Shown here one piece after another: positions 1 through 9,113 of a stretch of 55,191 nucleotides of DNA. The notes beneath the pieces are model-generated. The model saw only the letters and a list, made by a program, of their open reading frames with translations. It was not told where the DNA came from and searched no databases. Each line of letters begins with the position of its first letter. The first letter of the stretch is position 1. Made by a program: the position numbers and the translations under genes. Source of the stretch: an uncultured Candidatus Saccharibacteria bacterium (GTDB lineage Bacteria; Patescibacteriota; Saccharimonadia; Saccharimonadales; CALMSM01); contig CALMSM010000149.1 of NCBI GenBank assembly GCA_937872425.1, positions 1-55,191 on the forward strand, given 5' to 3'.

Positions 1-16
1 TTTTTTTTGAGGCTTT

Positions 17-1345
17 ATGACCGAAGAACTAACCAAAAAAGACGACATGGGCTACCCCATGTTTGGCGTGACTAGCTTTAGCGAACTCGATCAGTTGCAA
101 GGCGTCTACGATGCCACCGAAGCGATTGACGAACTGTGCGATCAATTCTGCATGTTGGCTGGCAACATCGCATTAGATGACACCATTACCGACAAGACCG
201 GCGCTGTACGTGCATTAGCGAAAGAGGTTGCGGGGCGCATTAACGCTACGGTCAAAGCCACAAAAGAGCAGCGTGGTGGATTACTGGCCGGTCTGCGCAA
301 TCTATTGAAGCGCCCGCAACCCGAAGCGAAAGCGGCGCCGGTAGAGCCAGAGACGCCCCCCATCGATACCTCTAAATCTTTCACCTTGTGGAAGACAAAA
401 GAAGGTCAATATCGATGGATGGCGGTCTACTCCAACCAGTTTAGAGACGACGACAACCCGCCAGAGATTCTAAGCGAAAAGGCACACAAAACCTTTGTCG
501 CTATGACCGATGCTGGCTTGGTGGACTACCCAGAGCTATGGCACTGGCATATCCCCGGTACAGCGTGGGGTAAAGCCGACTGGCTGGCTTACGACAACGG
601 CTTTGCCTTAGCCAGCGGCTATGTCTACCCCGGCCACGAAAAAGAGGCTGAATTGGTGTCCCAAATGGGGGATATTCGAGTGTCGCATGGGATGCCGTCC
701 CAGCAAATCATGCGTAACCCTGATGACCCATCCATTATCGATATGTACGTCAGTGTGGAGATCAGCGATCTGCCCGGATTTGCTGCCGCCAACAAGCTGA
801 CAGATTTTGTAGTTATGAACAAGGGAGTAAACGAAATGTTGTCACCTGAAAAACGTGACTATCTGGCGAAAGCTGGCCTAGACGCTGCGACTATCGCGGC
901 GGTTGAGGCTAACCTTGCCACACAAGCAAAGGCGGCAAATGAGGCCGGGATTGAATCGAAAGACACTTCGACAAGCACTGAGCAACCCGTCCCTGAGCAA
1001 CCCGCCTATGTCACCGCCAACGAAGTGGCCGAAGTTCTGGCCAGCATGTTGAAGCCGCTAACTGACGCCGTGAACGGTATTCAAGCATCAATTGTGACCG
1101 TTCAGGCTGAAGTCAAGGCGTTGAAAGAGTCTGACGAGAGCAAGGTCATGGCGAAAGCCGCCGGTACGTCGCGCGCTAGCCTGGCCGAACTCATCAGCAT
1201 GAACTTGATCGGCACGAAAGAAACTCAGTTGGATGGCCGCACGGCTTTAGGTAAAGCTGCACCACGCAGCGCCGCTGAACCTGAAATTACCGGCGTGCCG
1301 CTGATTGACGGTTTGATTCGTCGGTCGCAAGGAGTAACCCAGTAA
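17..1345 (+). CDS. Head assembly protein (scaffold-like; possibly protease-scaffold fusion)
   Basis: 442-aa ORF abutting the capsid-size ORF (TAATG overlap at 1343-1347). The C-terminal third is Ala/Glu/Lys-rich and coiled-coil-like. The call is positional; no protease motif was recognised. Confidence 0.4.
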   Translation: MTEELTKKDDMGYPMFGVTSFSELDQLQGVYDATEAIDELCDQFCMLAGNIALDDTITDKTGAVRALAKEVAGRINATVKATKEQRGGLLAGLRNLLKRPQPEAKAAPVEPETPPIDTSKSFTLWKTKEGQYRWMAVYSNQFRDDDNPPEILSEKAHKTFVAMTDAGLVDYPELWHWHIPGTAWGKADWLAYDNGFALASGYVYPGHEKEAELVSQMGDIRVSHGMPSQQIMRNPDDPSIIDMYVSVEISDLPGFAAANKLTDFVVMNKGVNEMLSPEKRDYLAKAGLDAATIAAVEANLATQAKAANEAGIESKDTSTSTEQPVPEQPAYVTANEVAEVLASMLKPLTDAVNGIQASIVTVQAEVKALKESDESKVMAKAAGTSRASLAELISMNLIGTKETQLDGRTALGKAAPRSAAEPEITGVPLIDGLIRRSQGVTQ

Positions 1346-2778
1346 TGAGCGACATCTTAGAGCGCCTGGTCAATGCGCTTGAAAAAATTGAGACCAAATC
1401 GCAATCGCCGCTGCACACCAAAGCGCCGGCGAGCGTCAATACCTCCACGCTGCTGAGTCAACCTGGCGGTATCTTCTCTGTGGTTGGCATGGAGCAGGAC
1501 ATTATCTCTGCTCATGTTCGGCCTACCGGTTTGGGTTCTACTTTGCCTGCTTTCCCTAGCAATTTGGACGATCCTCGCTACGGGTTTCTGAATGGCTTTA
1601 CTGCTACAGTTGGCAGTGAGCCTACGAATCCCTGTGACGATGCGCCCGCTGGCTTTATGAAGGGTGGCACACTTACCGCTGCCTTTGGCCGTATTGCCCG
1701 TGACACGCAGACCATCGAAATTGGGAAATTGCTACACCAAACTCGCGGTGCAACCACGAATCTCCGCTTGATTGGCGACATGCTGAATATGGGTGATTTT
1801 AACCCTGCGCAGATGAGCCAAAACGAAGTATTGAACATGGTTGTGCAGTCCGAAATGGTGGGCGTTGGTGTGCAGATGGAGCGCAAGCTGTCCACTATGC
1901 TTTGGCAAGGCGTCACCACGAACAATACTGCTGGTGGTGGCTACAAAGAGTTTCCTGGCCTCGATTATCAAATCGCTACTGGCCAGGTAGATGCCGAAAC
2001 CAACACGGCAATGTCGGCTGCTGACAGCTACGTGCTTGACTTCAACTACAATGATCTTGATGGCACTACGCTGGACATTGTTGAATACCTGTCTATGACA
2101 GAGTACCAACTCCGCAACAACGCTGTCCGTATGGGTCTTGACCCAGTGACGTTTGCCGTGGTGATGCGACCTGAGACATGGTTCGAGTTGTCCGCCGTTT
2201 GGCCATGCCGGTATCTTTCGTACCGCTGCGGCAACACGGGCGGCACCAACCCCACCGTGATCAACGATAACGTTAATGTGCAGTTGCGTGACGGTATGCG
2301 CAATGGCATGTATATCGACATCAACGGCAATCGTTACCCTGTGGTGGTTGATGACGGTATTTACGAAAATACCAACATCACAAGCGCCAATGTGCCCGCT
2401 GGCTACTACAGCAGCAACATCTATATGATTCCGCTGCGTGTTCGCGGTAATTTCCCTAGCCTTTACTGGGAGAATATCGATTACCGTGGAGCGCAACAGC
2501 AATTGAGCGCGCTAGGCGCTGGCAACCGTGTTGTGCCCTTCTGGACAACCAATGGGCGCTTTATGTGGGCGTACAAGACGGCGGGTTTCTGTTTTAATCT
2601 GCAGGCCATTGTAGAGCCGCGCATTGTATTGCGCACGCCTCAATTGGCTGGCAAGATTCAAAATGTCCGGTACAGCCCGTTGAGTCACTTGCGTTCGCCG
2701 TTCTCCGATAGTGTCTATTGGGCCGATGGCGGCGTTTCGGTTAGAAGCACCGGCACGTCTTATCACGTCTGGAGCTAG
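1345..2778 (+). CDS. Major capsid protein (positional call)
   Basis: 477-aa ORF immediately after the scaffold-like ORF, with size and position typical of an HK97-fold capsid gene. The antisense ORFs inside it look spurious. Confidence 0.55.
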   Translation: MSDILERLVNALEKIETKSQSPLHTKAPASVNTSTLLSQPGGIFSVVGMEQDIISAHVRPTGLGSTLPAFPSNLDDPRYGFLNGFTATVGSEPTNPCDDAPAGFMKGGTLTAAFGRIARDTQTIEIGKLLHQTRGATTNLRLIGDMLNMGDFNPAQMSQNEVLNMVVQSEMVGVGVQMERKLSTMLWQGVTTNNTAGGGYKEFPGLDYQIATGQVDAETNTAMSAADSYVLDFNYNDLDGTTLDIVEYLSMTEYQLRNNAVRMGLDPVTFAVVMRPETWFELSAVWPCRYLSYRCGNTGGTNPTVINDNVNVQLRDGMRNGMYIDINGNRYPVVVDDGIYENTNITSANVPAGYYSSNIYMIPLRVRGNFPSLYWENIDYRGAQQQLSALGAGNRVVPFWTTNGRFMWAYKTAGFCFNLQAIVEPRIVLRTPQLAGKIQNVRYSPLSHLRSPFSDSVYWADGGVSVRSTGTSYHVWS

Positions 2779-3782
2779 TTGTATATTCTTTGTCCATTAT
2801 GGTTTTTTGTTCTGACCATAGGGACGGGCCAAGATGCTATTACCTGGCGTTTTCTATCTAACCAGGTAATAGCATCTTGGTACATATATTCAATCACTTT
2901 CATCGCCACCTTTCGCCCACTGTACGCCAAATAATACACATCAGATTTTGAATGTCGATTGATTTTTCTATCTGGATTGCTATCAACACCGGCATCTATC
3001 AGGCGTTTACGGATTAATTCAATCAGTATTGAGTCTGCCAAAAAGTTAATACCGCTGTTTGGATTAGTGAAAGCACATCCGTCTCCATCGAATAGACCTC
3101 TAAGCCAATGGTGAAACAGGTGATCTGGTATTCGTTCTATTGTTTCGTTAGGCAAGTGGCGACCGACAGATACCCCGTAAAAGTGCAATCTTTCGATTAG
3201 GTGCCTGTCTGTAACATACAAGCCGGCGCTAGGGTATTTCTTCCCTTTGCATTGCTTTTCCCTCATTACTACCGGCGCATCTGTCCTCAAAAAAGATTTT
3301 AGTTTTTCGAGATGTGTAAAATCTACGCTTTTCAGTGAGACACTTAGGCTTTTGTCGTTTGTGCTGCCATCGGCATATAGAAACCCTAGCCAGTAGGCCG
3401 CACCTTCATTATCGATGGAATCAAAAACCGTATTGTTTAGTTTGTGAATTCTGTTTCTCTCTGGCGCCAGTCTTTGCTCCACGCCCTGCCGCTTAATTGC
3501 GTCAACAATCGATATATGGTGGCTCAATCCGTACAGTTTGGCGATATTCTTCGCACTTATACCGTACAGGTACAGTTTTGCTATTTTCGCCTCCTCTTCG
3601 TCGCTGAAATTACGACTGTATATTCCGGCGCTGCGCATTTGAACGTCGTGTAACTTCAATGTCCGGTTAATTGTGTCAGTGTGTACCCCTAACGCAACGC
3701 CGATTTTAACCGTACTTTCCCCCGCAACATATAATGCCACGGCTTCTAATTCTTGCTTGTCAGATAGTCTTTTCTTTCCCAT
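2775..3782 (-). CDS. LAGLIDADG homing endonuclease with N-terminal HTH repeats
   Basis: Two LAGLIDADG motifs (WLGFLYADGS and WLRGLFDGDGC). It lies opposite in strand to the flanking structural genes, and its stop overlaps the capsid gene stop. Confidence 0.85.
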   Translation of the reverse strand: MGKKRLSDKQELEAVALYVAGESTVKIGVALGVHTDTINRTLKLHDVQMRSAGIYSRNFSDEEEAKIAKLYLYGISAKNIAKLYGLSHHISIVDAIKRQGVEQRLAPERNRIHKLNNTVFDSIDNEGAAYWLGFLYADGSTNDKSLSVSLKSVDFTHLEKLKSFLRTDAPVVMREKQCKGKKYPSAGLYVTDRHLIERLHFYGVSVGRHLPNETIERIPDHLFHHWLRGLFDGDGCAFTNPNSGINFLADSILIELIRKRLIDAGVDSNPDRKINRHSKSDVYYLAYSGRKVAMKVIEYMYQDAITWLDRKRQVIASWPVPMVRTKNHNGQRIYN

Positions 3783-3801
3783 CTTTGTGACTCCAATAAA
3801 A

Positions 3802-3863
3802 ATAGCCTTTTGTTGGTAGATTGCCGTTCTTGTCTAGGGAAGGCGTGACCAACAAAAGGCTAT
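3802..3863 (-). terminator. 16-bp-stem hairpin followed by a T-run on the minus strand, in the 5' leader of the endonuclease gene (attenuator-like)
   Basis: ATAGCCTTTTGTTGGT (3802-3817) pairs perfectly with ACCAACAAAAGGCTAT (3848-3863). Read on the minus strand it is followed by TTTTTATT and then a GGAG RBS. Confidence 0.45.
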
Positions 3864-3911
3864 AGAAATAATACCAGATAAAGGCAATGCTGCCAACCCT
3901 AGACAGTTGTA

Positions 3912-3940
3912 ATTATACTACATTTTTCTAAATTTCGCAA
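3912..3940 (-). promoter_or_regulatory. Leftward sigma70-type promoter TTGCGA-17-TATAAT
   Basis: Reverse complement of 3935-3940 is TTGCGA and of 3912-3917 is TATAAT, with a 17-nt spacer. It points at the endonuclease gene. Confidence 0.55.
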
Positions 3941-3962
3941 CCCAAATAGAACAAAAATTCAC

Positions 3963-3991
3963 TTGACATAATTCGCCATAGGTAGTATAAT
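3963..3991 (+). promoter_or_regulatory. Rightward consensus promoter TTGACA-17-TATAAT heading the sugar island
   Basis: TTGACA at 3963-3968, exact 17-nt spacer, TATAAT at 3986-3991. It is divergent from the 3912-3940 promoter. Confidence 0.7.
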
Positions 3992-4002
3992 TCCTACCAT
4001 GT

Positions 4003-4164
4003 ATGAATGAGCAAGTGACGATCAAAGTGTGGGCAGAGACCCGAAAAATGTTGCGGCTGATTCATGCCATGACCGGCGAGAGCATGGTCACGATATTGCA
4101 TAGGTTGGTTGAAGAAGAATGGAAGAAAGTAAAGCAGGGTTCTATAAAAACAAGCGAGTTGTAG
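4003..4164 (+). CDS. Small ribbon-helix-helix (CopG/Arc-like) protein, 53 aa, not in ORF track
   Basis: Translates as MNEQVTIKVWAETRKMLRLIHAMTGESMVTILHRLVEEEWKKVKQGSIKTSEL, which has a beta-strand/helix/helix pattern typical of RHH proteins. It is the first ORF after the consensus promoter. Confidence 0.5.
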   Translation: MNEQVTIKVWAETRKMLRLIHAMTGESMVTILHRLVEEEWKKVKQGSIKTSEL

Positions 4165-5078
4165 TGACGGGTGGCGCCGGCTTCTTGGGTTCGCATTTGG
4201 TGCAGATGCTAGAGGCGGCGGGGGCTTGTGTATATGTGCCACGTAGTACCGATTACGATCTACGGGATAGAGCGGACGCGCAATTTATGCTTAAGTCTGT
4301 AGGTGGTTTTAAGTGGGACATAGTATTCCATTTGGCCGCCCGTGTATCCGGCATTGCTTCCACCTCTGCAACACCGGCTGACCACATTTACGACAATGCA
4401 ATGATGGCGCTTAATGTGATTCACGCTTGCGCCAAGAATAATATCAAGCTTGTTGTGGCCGGTAGTGTCTGTGCTTATCCTCAACACACGCCCATGCCGA
4501 TGATCGAGGAAAACTTGTGGAATGGCGCGCCTGAACCGACCAACGCATCATACGGGGAAGCGAAACGCCTGGCATTAGCCACACTACAAGCCTACCACCA
4601 GCAACACAATTTGAAATGTGCTTATCTTCTCTCTGCCAACCTCTACGGGCCAAACGACCATTTTGACCCGCAAACTTCCCACGTTATCCCGGCACTTATC
4701 CGTAAAATTGACCATGCACAGGGGGGGGGCGATATGGGCATCTGCGTGTGGGGTAGCGGTAGCGCAAGCCGGGATTTTCTCTATGTGGAGGATGCCGCAA
4801 GAGCCTACATGCTGGCCGGTGAGTTGATTGATTGCCCCACGCCGATCAACATCGGTAGCGGCACCGAAACGCACATAGCATGGTTGGTTGAGGAATTAAA
4901 GAACATCATGGGCTTTCATGGCGATACTGTGTTTGATAGGAGCAAGCCCGATGGTCAACCCCGGCGTTGCTTGCGCATCTGGAAAGCGCAGGATATGTTG
5001 GGCTGGAATCCGACAACGCCGATAGGTGAGGGTTTACGTAAGACGGTGGAATGGTACAGGGAGAATGTAAATGAGTGA
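4119..5078 (+). CDS. GDP-L-fucose synthase-like SDR (GDP-4-keto-6-deoxymannose 3,5-epimerase/4-reductase family; Fcl/ColC-like)
   Basis: VVVTGGAGFLGSHL Rossmann motif, a YGEAK (YxxxK) motif, and SANLYGPNDHFDPQTSHVIPALIRK, which closely resembles the Fcl signature. Confidence 0.8.
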   Translation: MEESKAGFYKNKRVVVTGGAGFLGSHLVQMLEAAGACVYVPRSTDYDLRDRADAQFMLKSVGGFKWDIVFHLAARVSGIASTSATPADHIYDNAMMALNVIHACAKNNIKLVVAGSVCAYPQHTPMPMIEENLWNGAPEPTNASYGEAKRLALATLQAYHQQHNLKCAYLLSANLYGPNDHFDPQTSHVIPALIRKIDHAQGGGDMGICVWGSGSASRDFLYVEDAARAYMLAGELIDCPTPINIGSGTETHIAWLVEELKNIMGFHGDTVFDRSKPDGQPRRCLRIWKAQDMLGWNPTTPIGEGLRKTVEWYRENVNE

Positions 5079-5529
5079 CGAAAAACTTGCATCATTGCTT
5101 GATACGGTTGTTCATATAGCCGCCGTGCAAGGTTTTATGCTAAAAATAATTTGTATTTTGCAAGCCAGAATGATCGATCACGACACAAGCAAATTACAAG
5201 AGCCTGAATTGTCGGGTTATGCGGGGCTATCTCAGGCATTGAAAGGTTTAGCTTATGGTAGTTCAGAGCATAGAGCGGCTTTTACGCCATTCAAAGAAAT
5301 TATTAAGCATCACTACGAAAATAACGATCATCATCCTGAACATTTCGGTAACGGCATTGCTGATATGGACATTATACAGTTCGTAGAAATGCTATGCGAC
5401 TGGAAGGCGGCATCCACCAGAAACTCAGGTTCACTAGGTGACACTATAGACAAGAGTATTGAGAGATTCGGGATTGATACGCAGATGGCAGCGGTTATCA
5501 AAAATACTATTCGTAATCTTGGATGGTAG
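5071..5529 (+). CDS. Hypothetical protein with HD-like His/Asp motifs
   Basis: IDHDTSK and HHYENNDHHPEH motifs; ATG overlaps the upstream stop. Function is not assignable by eye. Confidence 0.4.
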   Translation: MSDEKLASLLDTVVHIAAVQGFMLKIICILQARMIDHDTSKLQEPELSGYAGLSQALKGLAYGSSEHRAAFTPFKEIIKHHYENNDHHPEHFGNGIADMDIIQFVEMLCDWKAASTRNSGSLGDTIDKSIERFGIDTQMAAVIKNTIRNLGW

Positions 5530-5544
5530 ACGGGGGGAATTGTA

Positions 5545-5739
5545 ATGGCTGAAAACGAGAGCATTCACGCATTGCTTATGATGTCAGAGTTGTTGAGACT
5601 TTTACATGGATTAAAAGGCGAAGATAGAAGCGAGAAAGCGAGACGGTATGCCGTGACCATCACGGAGATGGAGAAGGTTTTCGCTTATTTCAATACGTTC
5701 GTGGTTCGTGCCGACACCGATGAAGTGGGCGACAACTAA
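5545..5739 (+). CDS. Hypothetical protein (64 aa)
   Basis: ORF in operon context with a TAATG overlap to the next gene. Confidence 0.4.
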   Translation: MAENESIHALLMMSELLRLLHGLKGEDRSEKARRYAVTITEMEKVFAYFNTFVVRADTDEVGDN

Positions 5740-6458
5740 TGCGTATCTTCGTTCTAACCAGTGACGGTTATTCTCATTCTGTCTTGGGATTCTCCTATTT
5801 GTTCAATAAATATTGGGGCAATGACCAAGAGGTTATTGTTGCCGGTTACAATAAATTCCCGCCTGGACTACCGGCCAACTTCACCAAGCATCGCATAGGC
5901 CGCCAAGAAGATTACCCTGTCAATAAATGGTCAGACGGGCTTATCGGCTTACTGAAAGACTTCCCGCAGGACGAAGTGTTTCTTCTCTTCTTCGAGGATT
6001 ACTGGTTAACTGAACCTGTCCATCTTCGCGAAGTCAACATGCTGCACGATTACATGCTTCAATTCCGCTATGTGCTCAAAATGGACATGTACACCGACCG
6101 GCGCTATGCCGCTGGCGTGCAGAAGTACGGCGCGTGTGGGCATATTCCGCTGCTTAAAAGCGACTACAATAGTCAATATCACTTTTCGCTAATGGCGGGC
6201 ATCTGGAATCGTGAAATTATGATGCAGGTGTTAATCCCTGGTGAGAGTCCCTGGGATGTTGAGATGCGAGGTACAGAACGGCTAGCGCGTTGCGGGGATG
6301 ACGTGCTGGTGCTGGGCACTGATTCATGGGACGATAACCCGAAGACTTGCCCGATCCGTCACACACTAGCATATCGCAACGGCGACCCTAGCAAGTTGTT
6401 GCTTGGTGAAATTAAGCCCGAAGATGTGGATGCCATGAAGGAATCAGGGTATATATGA
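5739..6458 (+). CDS. Hypothetical protein, possible nucleotide-sugar transferase
   Basis: 239 aa, translationally coupled on both sides. An FFEDYW (DXD-like) motif is the only hint of function. Confidence 0.4.
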   Translation: MRIFVLTSDGYSHSVLGFSYLFNKYWGNDQEVIVAGYNKFPPGLPANFTKHRIGRQEDYPVNKWSDGLIGLLKDFPQDEVFLLFFEDYWLTEPVHLREVNMLHDYMLQFRYVLKMDMYTDRRYAAGVQKYGACGHIPLLKSDYNSQYHFSLMAGIWNREIMMQVLIPGESPWDVEMRGTERLARCGDDVLVLGTDSWDDNPKTCPIRHTLAYRNGDPSKLLLGEIKPEDVDAMKESGYI

Positions 6459-6790
6459 AGTTTTTAGTATGCGAAAGGCAAGAATCGCCGGGGTGCGATT
6501 ATACCATTGGGTGTGGCATGCGATACGGATTCATAGACGCCGAAAATATTGACGATGCAATTCAAAAGACTGTTTTCCCCGATGGCCCTGACGAGCTGCC
6601 TACCTTTTTATGGGATGGGGGTATGGCGGAGATTTTGATAGTTCAGATAGATGCATCCACATCCTATAGCTGGGTAGATATAGATTCATTAAAGGCCCAG
6701 CACGATGAGGCCGAATCAGAGGAAAAACGGAAAGCCACAGAAGTAAATGAACGGGCATTACTAGACAAGTTGCGGAAGAAATACGCGTGA
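6455..6790 (+). CDS. Hypothetical protein (111 aa)
   Basis: ATGA overlap upstream and GTGA overlap downstream. Confidence 0.4.
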   Translation: MKFLVCERQESPGCDYTIGCGMRYGFIDAENIDDAIQKTVFPDGPDELPTFLWDGGMAEILIVQIDASTSYSWVDIDSLKAQHDEAESEEKRKATEVNERALLDKLRKKYA

Positions 6791-7938
6791 AAGTTTCATT
6801 AGGCACCTGGCAAAATACGCCGCGAATCGAAGCCGCTGTGCTGTCTGTGCTGCATAGTGGCCGCTTGTCCTATGGGCCGGTATCGCAAGCCTATGAGCGG
6901 CGCTTTGCAAAAATGCACGATTGCGATTATGGCGTAGTCAGCAACAGCGGCACATCTTCTCTGGTAGTGGCATTGCAATCGCTTAAACATATGCATAGCT
7001 GGCAAGACGGCGATGAGGTGATTGTACCGGCGTTGACCTTCGTGGCATCGGTCAACGCCATTTTGCACAATCGACTTACACCTGTGCTGGTTGATGTGAA
7101 TCCCCATACATTTAATATTGAGCCAACATTAATCGAGGGTGGAATCACCGACCGCACGCGCTGTATTATGCCAGTACATCTGTTTGGTCAACCGGCGCAT
7201 ATTGCTAATATTTGCACGTTTGCGCTAAAGCATAATTTGTCAGTAGTGGAAGATAGTTGCGAAGCTGTTTTGGCAAAACAATTTGGTGCATCTGTTGGTT
7301 CATGGGGTGATGTTGGATGCTTTAGCACCTATGCCGCGCATCACCTGGTCACTGGCGTCGGTGGCATGGCAACCACGAACAATCCAGACCTAGCGAAACT
7401 TATGCGCAGCCTGGTCAATCACGGTATCGATTTGACTGAACTGCCCAACGGCGAAAATTATGACCCGTCATTTCTGGCTAGAAAGTTCAGGTTTACCAGT
7501 GTAGGCCATAGCTTCAGAATGACTGAATTAGAGGCGGCGATTGGTCTCGCTCAACTTGATGACCTACCGGCACACATTGAACATCGCCGCAAAAACGCTG
7601 AATATCTCATCACTGGCTTGACCGGCTTAGATGGTTGTCTTCAAACACAAGCGACTTTGTTTGGCGCTCACCACAGTTGGATGGTATTCCCCATTGTGCT
7701 GCGCTATGGCTCCAAGTGGCCGGTTATGAAACATCTGCAAGCGCATGACATCGAATGTCGTGAAATGGTGCCACTAACAAACCAGCCATGCTACAATTTC
7801 AACGAGGCTGATTACCCCGTGGCAAAGAACATCAACGAGCGGGGCTTCTACGTTGGGTGTCACCAGGGATTAACCACGGAGCATTTGGAACATATCATCA
7901 GTACACTACAGGACTATTTCAATGGCGCACACAAGTGA
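6787..7938 (+). CDS. DegT/DnrJ/EryC1-family PLP/PMP enzyme with His in place of the Schiff-base Lys (ColD/E1-type sugar 3-dehydratase-like)
   Basis: Family motifs are VSNSGTSSLVVAL, VPALTFVAS and VEDSCEA. The active-site segment FSTYAAHHLVTGVGG aligns to the usual FSFxxxKxxTTGEGG with H at the K position. It has a GTG start. Confidence 0.65.
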   Translation: MKVSLGTWQNTPRIEAAVLSVLHSGRLSYGPVSQAYERRFAKMHDCDYGVVSNSGTSSLVVALQSLKHMHSWQDGDEVIVPALTFVASVNAILHNRLTPVLVDVNPHTFNIEPTLIEGGITDRTRCIMPVHLFGQPAHIANICTFALKHNLSVVEDSCEAVLAKQFGASVGSWGDVGCFSTYAAHHLVTGVGGMATTNNPDLAKLMRSLVNHGIDLTELPNGENYDPSFLARKFRFTSVGHSFRMTELEAAIGLAQLDDLPAHIEHRRKNAEYLITGLTGLDGCLQTQATLFGAHHSWMVFPIVLRYGSKWPVMKHLQAHDIECREMVPLTNQPCYNFNEADYPVAKNINERGFYVGCHQGLTTEHLEHIISTLQDYFNGAHK

Positions 7939-8518
7939 ATCGTTACGGCAGGCTTTTGGTTATTTTTACCAAAACGAATTGTCCATGCTGAAGTCGTTAG
8001 TCTACCTATGCCCATCGTCACCTATCACTGTGGTCAATATCGGCGCGGGCGCTGGCACATCCGGCTTGGCTTTTTTAGAGACACGCCTCGACCTTCGCCT
8101 GCACACCGTGGATATTACCGACAAAAGCAGTCCGTTCGGATGCCTACACGCCGAACGAGAAGTATGTCAAGCGGCTGGCTTTACGCTCGGTGATAGATGG
8201 CATCAGCACCACATGGACAGTAAACAGCTCGCCCAGTGGTGGGATTATGGGCCGATAGACGTATGTTTTATCGATGGAGATCATACCTACGAGGGCGCAA
8301 GCGGCGATATTGTGGGCTGGTTGCCACACATGCGGACGGGTGGCTTTATGGCCGTGCATGATTATCGTAAGCAGGATGTACCGAGACCTGATGACGGTCA
8401 GGTTAGGCCGAGCAAAGAACTTTGTTCGGATGTAGATGTGGCCGTGGATGAATTTCTAAAATCACAGTTTGAAGTTTTTGCTTTGGTTGAATCGTTGATT
8501 GTGTTCCAGGTGAAATGA
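7922..8518 (+). CDS. Class I SAM-dependent methyltransferase
   Basis: VVNIGAGAGTSGLAF motif I and an FIDGDHTYEG motif typical of small O-methyltransferase-like enzymes. Confidence 0.75.
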   Translation: MAHTSESLRQAFGYFYQNELSMLKSLVYLCPSSPITVVNIGAGAGTSGLAFLETRLDLRLHTVDITDKSSPFGCLHAEREVCQAAGFTLGDRWHQHHMDSKQLAQWWDYGPIDVCFIDGDHTYEGASGDIVGWLPHMRTGGFMAVHDYRKQDVPRPDDGQVRPSKELCSDVDVAVDEFLKSQFEVFALVESLIVFQVK

Positions 8519-8692
8519 TGAAACAATCGATTGCAGAGTTTGCAGCTTCAATAAAGGATTTGCAAATTTCTATAGCAAAGAGCGTTCCCTTCACCTTGTT
8601 TTTTCGGATTGTAAGTTTTTTGGATTGGTTAAGCCGAACTATAGATGAAATTTCGATTACACTGGTCAAATGGTGGTATCAAGCAAAATGAT
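8435..8692. repeat. Direct repeat copy 1 (about 258 bp)
   Basis: Covers the 3' end of the methyltransferase gene plus a small ORF. It is near-identical to 9114-9373. Confidence 0.85.
8515..8691 (+). CDS. Small ORF (58 aa) inside repeat copy 1, not in ORF track
   Basis: MMKQSIAEFAASIKDLQISIAKSVPFTLFFRIVSFLDWLSRTIDEISITLVKWWYQAK. The reading frame is preserved in both repeat copies despite a 3-nt indel. Confidence 0.35.
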   Translation: MMKQSIAEFAASIKDLQISIAKSVPFTLFFRIVSFLDWLSRTIDEISITLVKWWYQAK

Positions 8693-9074
8693 GAGTAGAT
8701 TCAAACGACCTGAGCCTAGCGACGCATCGCCCCAGCAAGTGCTAGATGCCATCGGCGCTATCACTGATTGGGATTGGGAAACGGGATATTCATTCGCTCA
8801 TATAGTTTTGGATGACGTAAATTTGCTAGATAGGCATATTCTATACTGTCTTCATCCACAATGGATTAGCGACGTAATGATGGGGCGAATGGATGACAGC
8901 GTAAAGGAGCATAAGACGTTCGATGATTTAAATGATCATCAAATCAATATTTACCGTCACGCAATCGAACATATGGTGGAAATTGTTACCCTCCTCAATT
9001 GGCTGTTGAATGTGCCAGAGGACACAAGATCGATTGCTGAAGATTTGCATCACGGCACGGATGAGGAACAATGA
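8688..9074 (+). CDS. Hypothetical protein (ORF track start 8670; ATG 8688 overlaps upstream stop)
   Basis: Its N-terminal KRPEPSDASP resembles KRPEPPSDSYAP at the start of the 9572 gene. Confidence 0.45.
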   Translation: MMSRFKRPEPSDASPQQVLDAIGAITDWDWETGYSFAHIVLDDVNLLDRHILYCLHPQWISDVMMGRMDDSVKEHKTFDDLNDHQINIYRHAIEHMVEIVTLLNWLLNVPEDTRSIAEDLHHGTDEEQ

Positions 9075-9113
9075 ACCTAGCACAAGATTAGGCCGCACCC
9101 ACTGGAATGGCAC

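Noticed and set aside
1732-2502. 256-aa antisense ORF (and others at 1578-1925 and 2046-2330) inside the capsid-size gene
   Set aside because: It lies entirely within a longer sense ORF that has operon context. It has no RBS and a low-complexity His/Val/Ala composition typical of antisense translation.
8403-8669. 88-aa minus-strand ORF in the repeat region
   Set aside because: It is antisense to a plus-strand small ORF that is conserved in both repeat copies and translationally coupled to its neighbours. It has no RBS.
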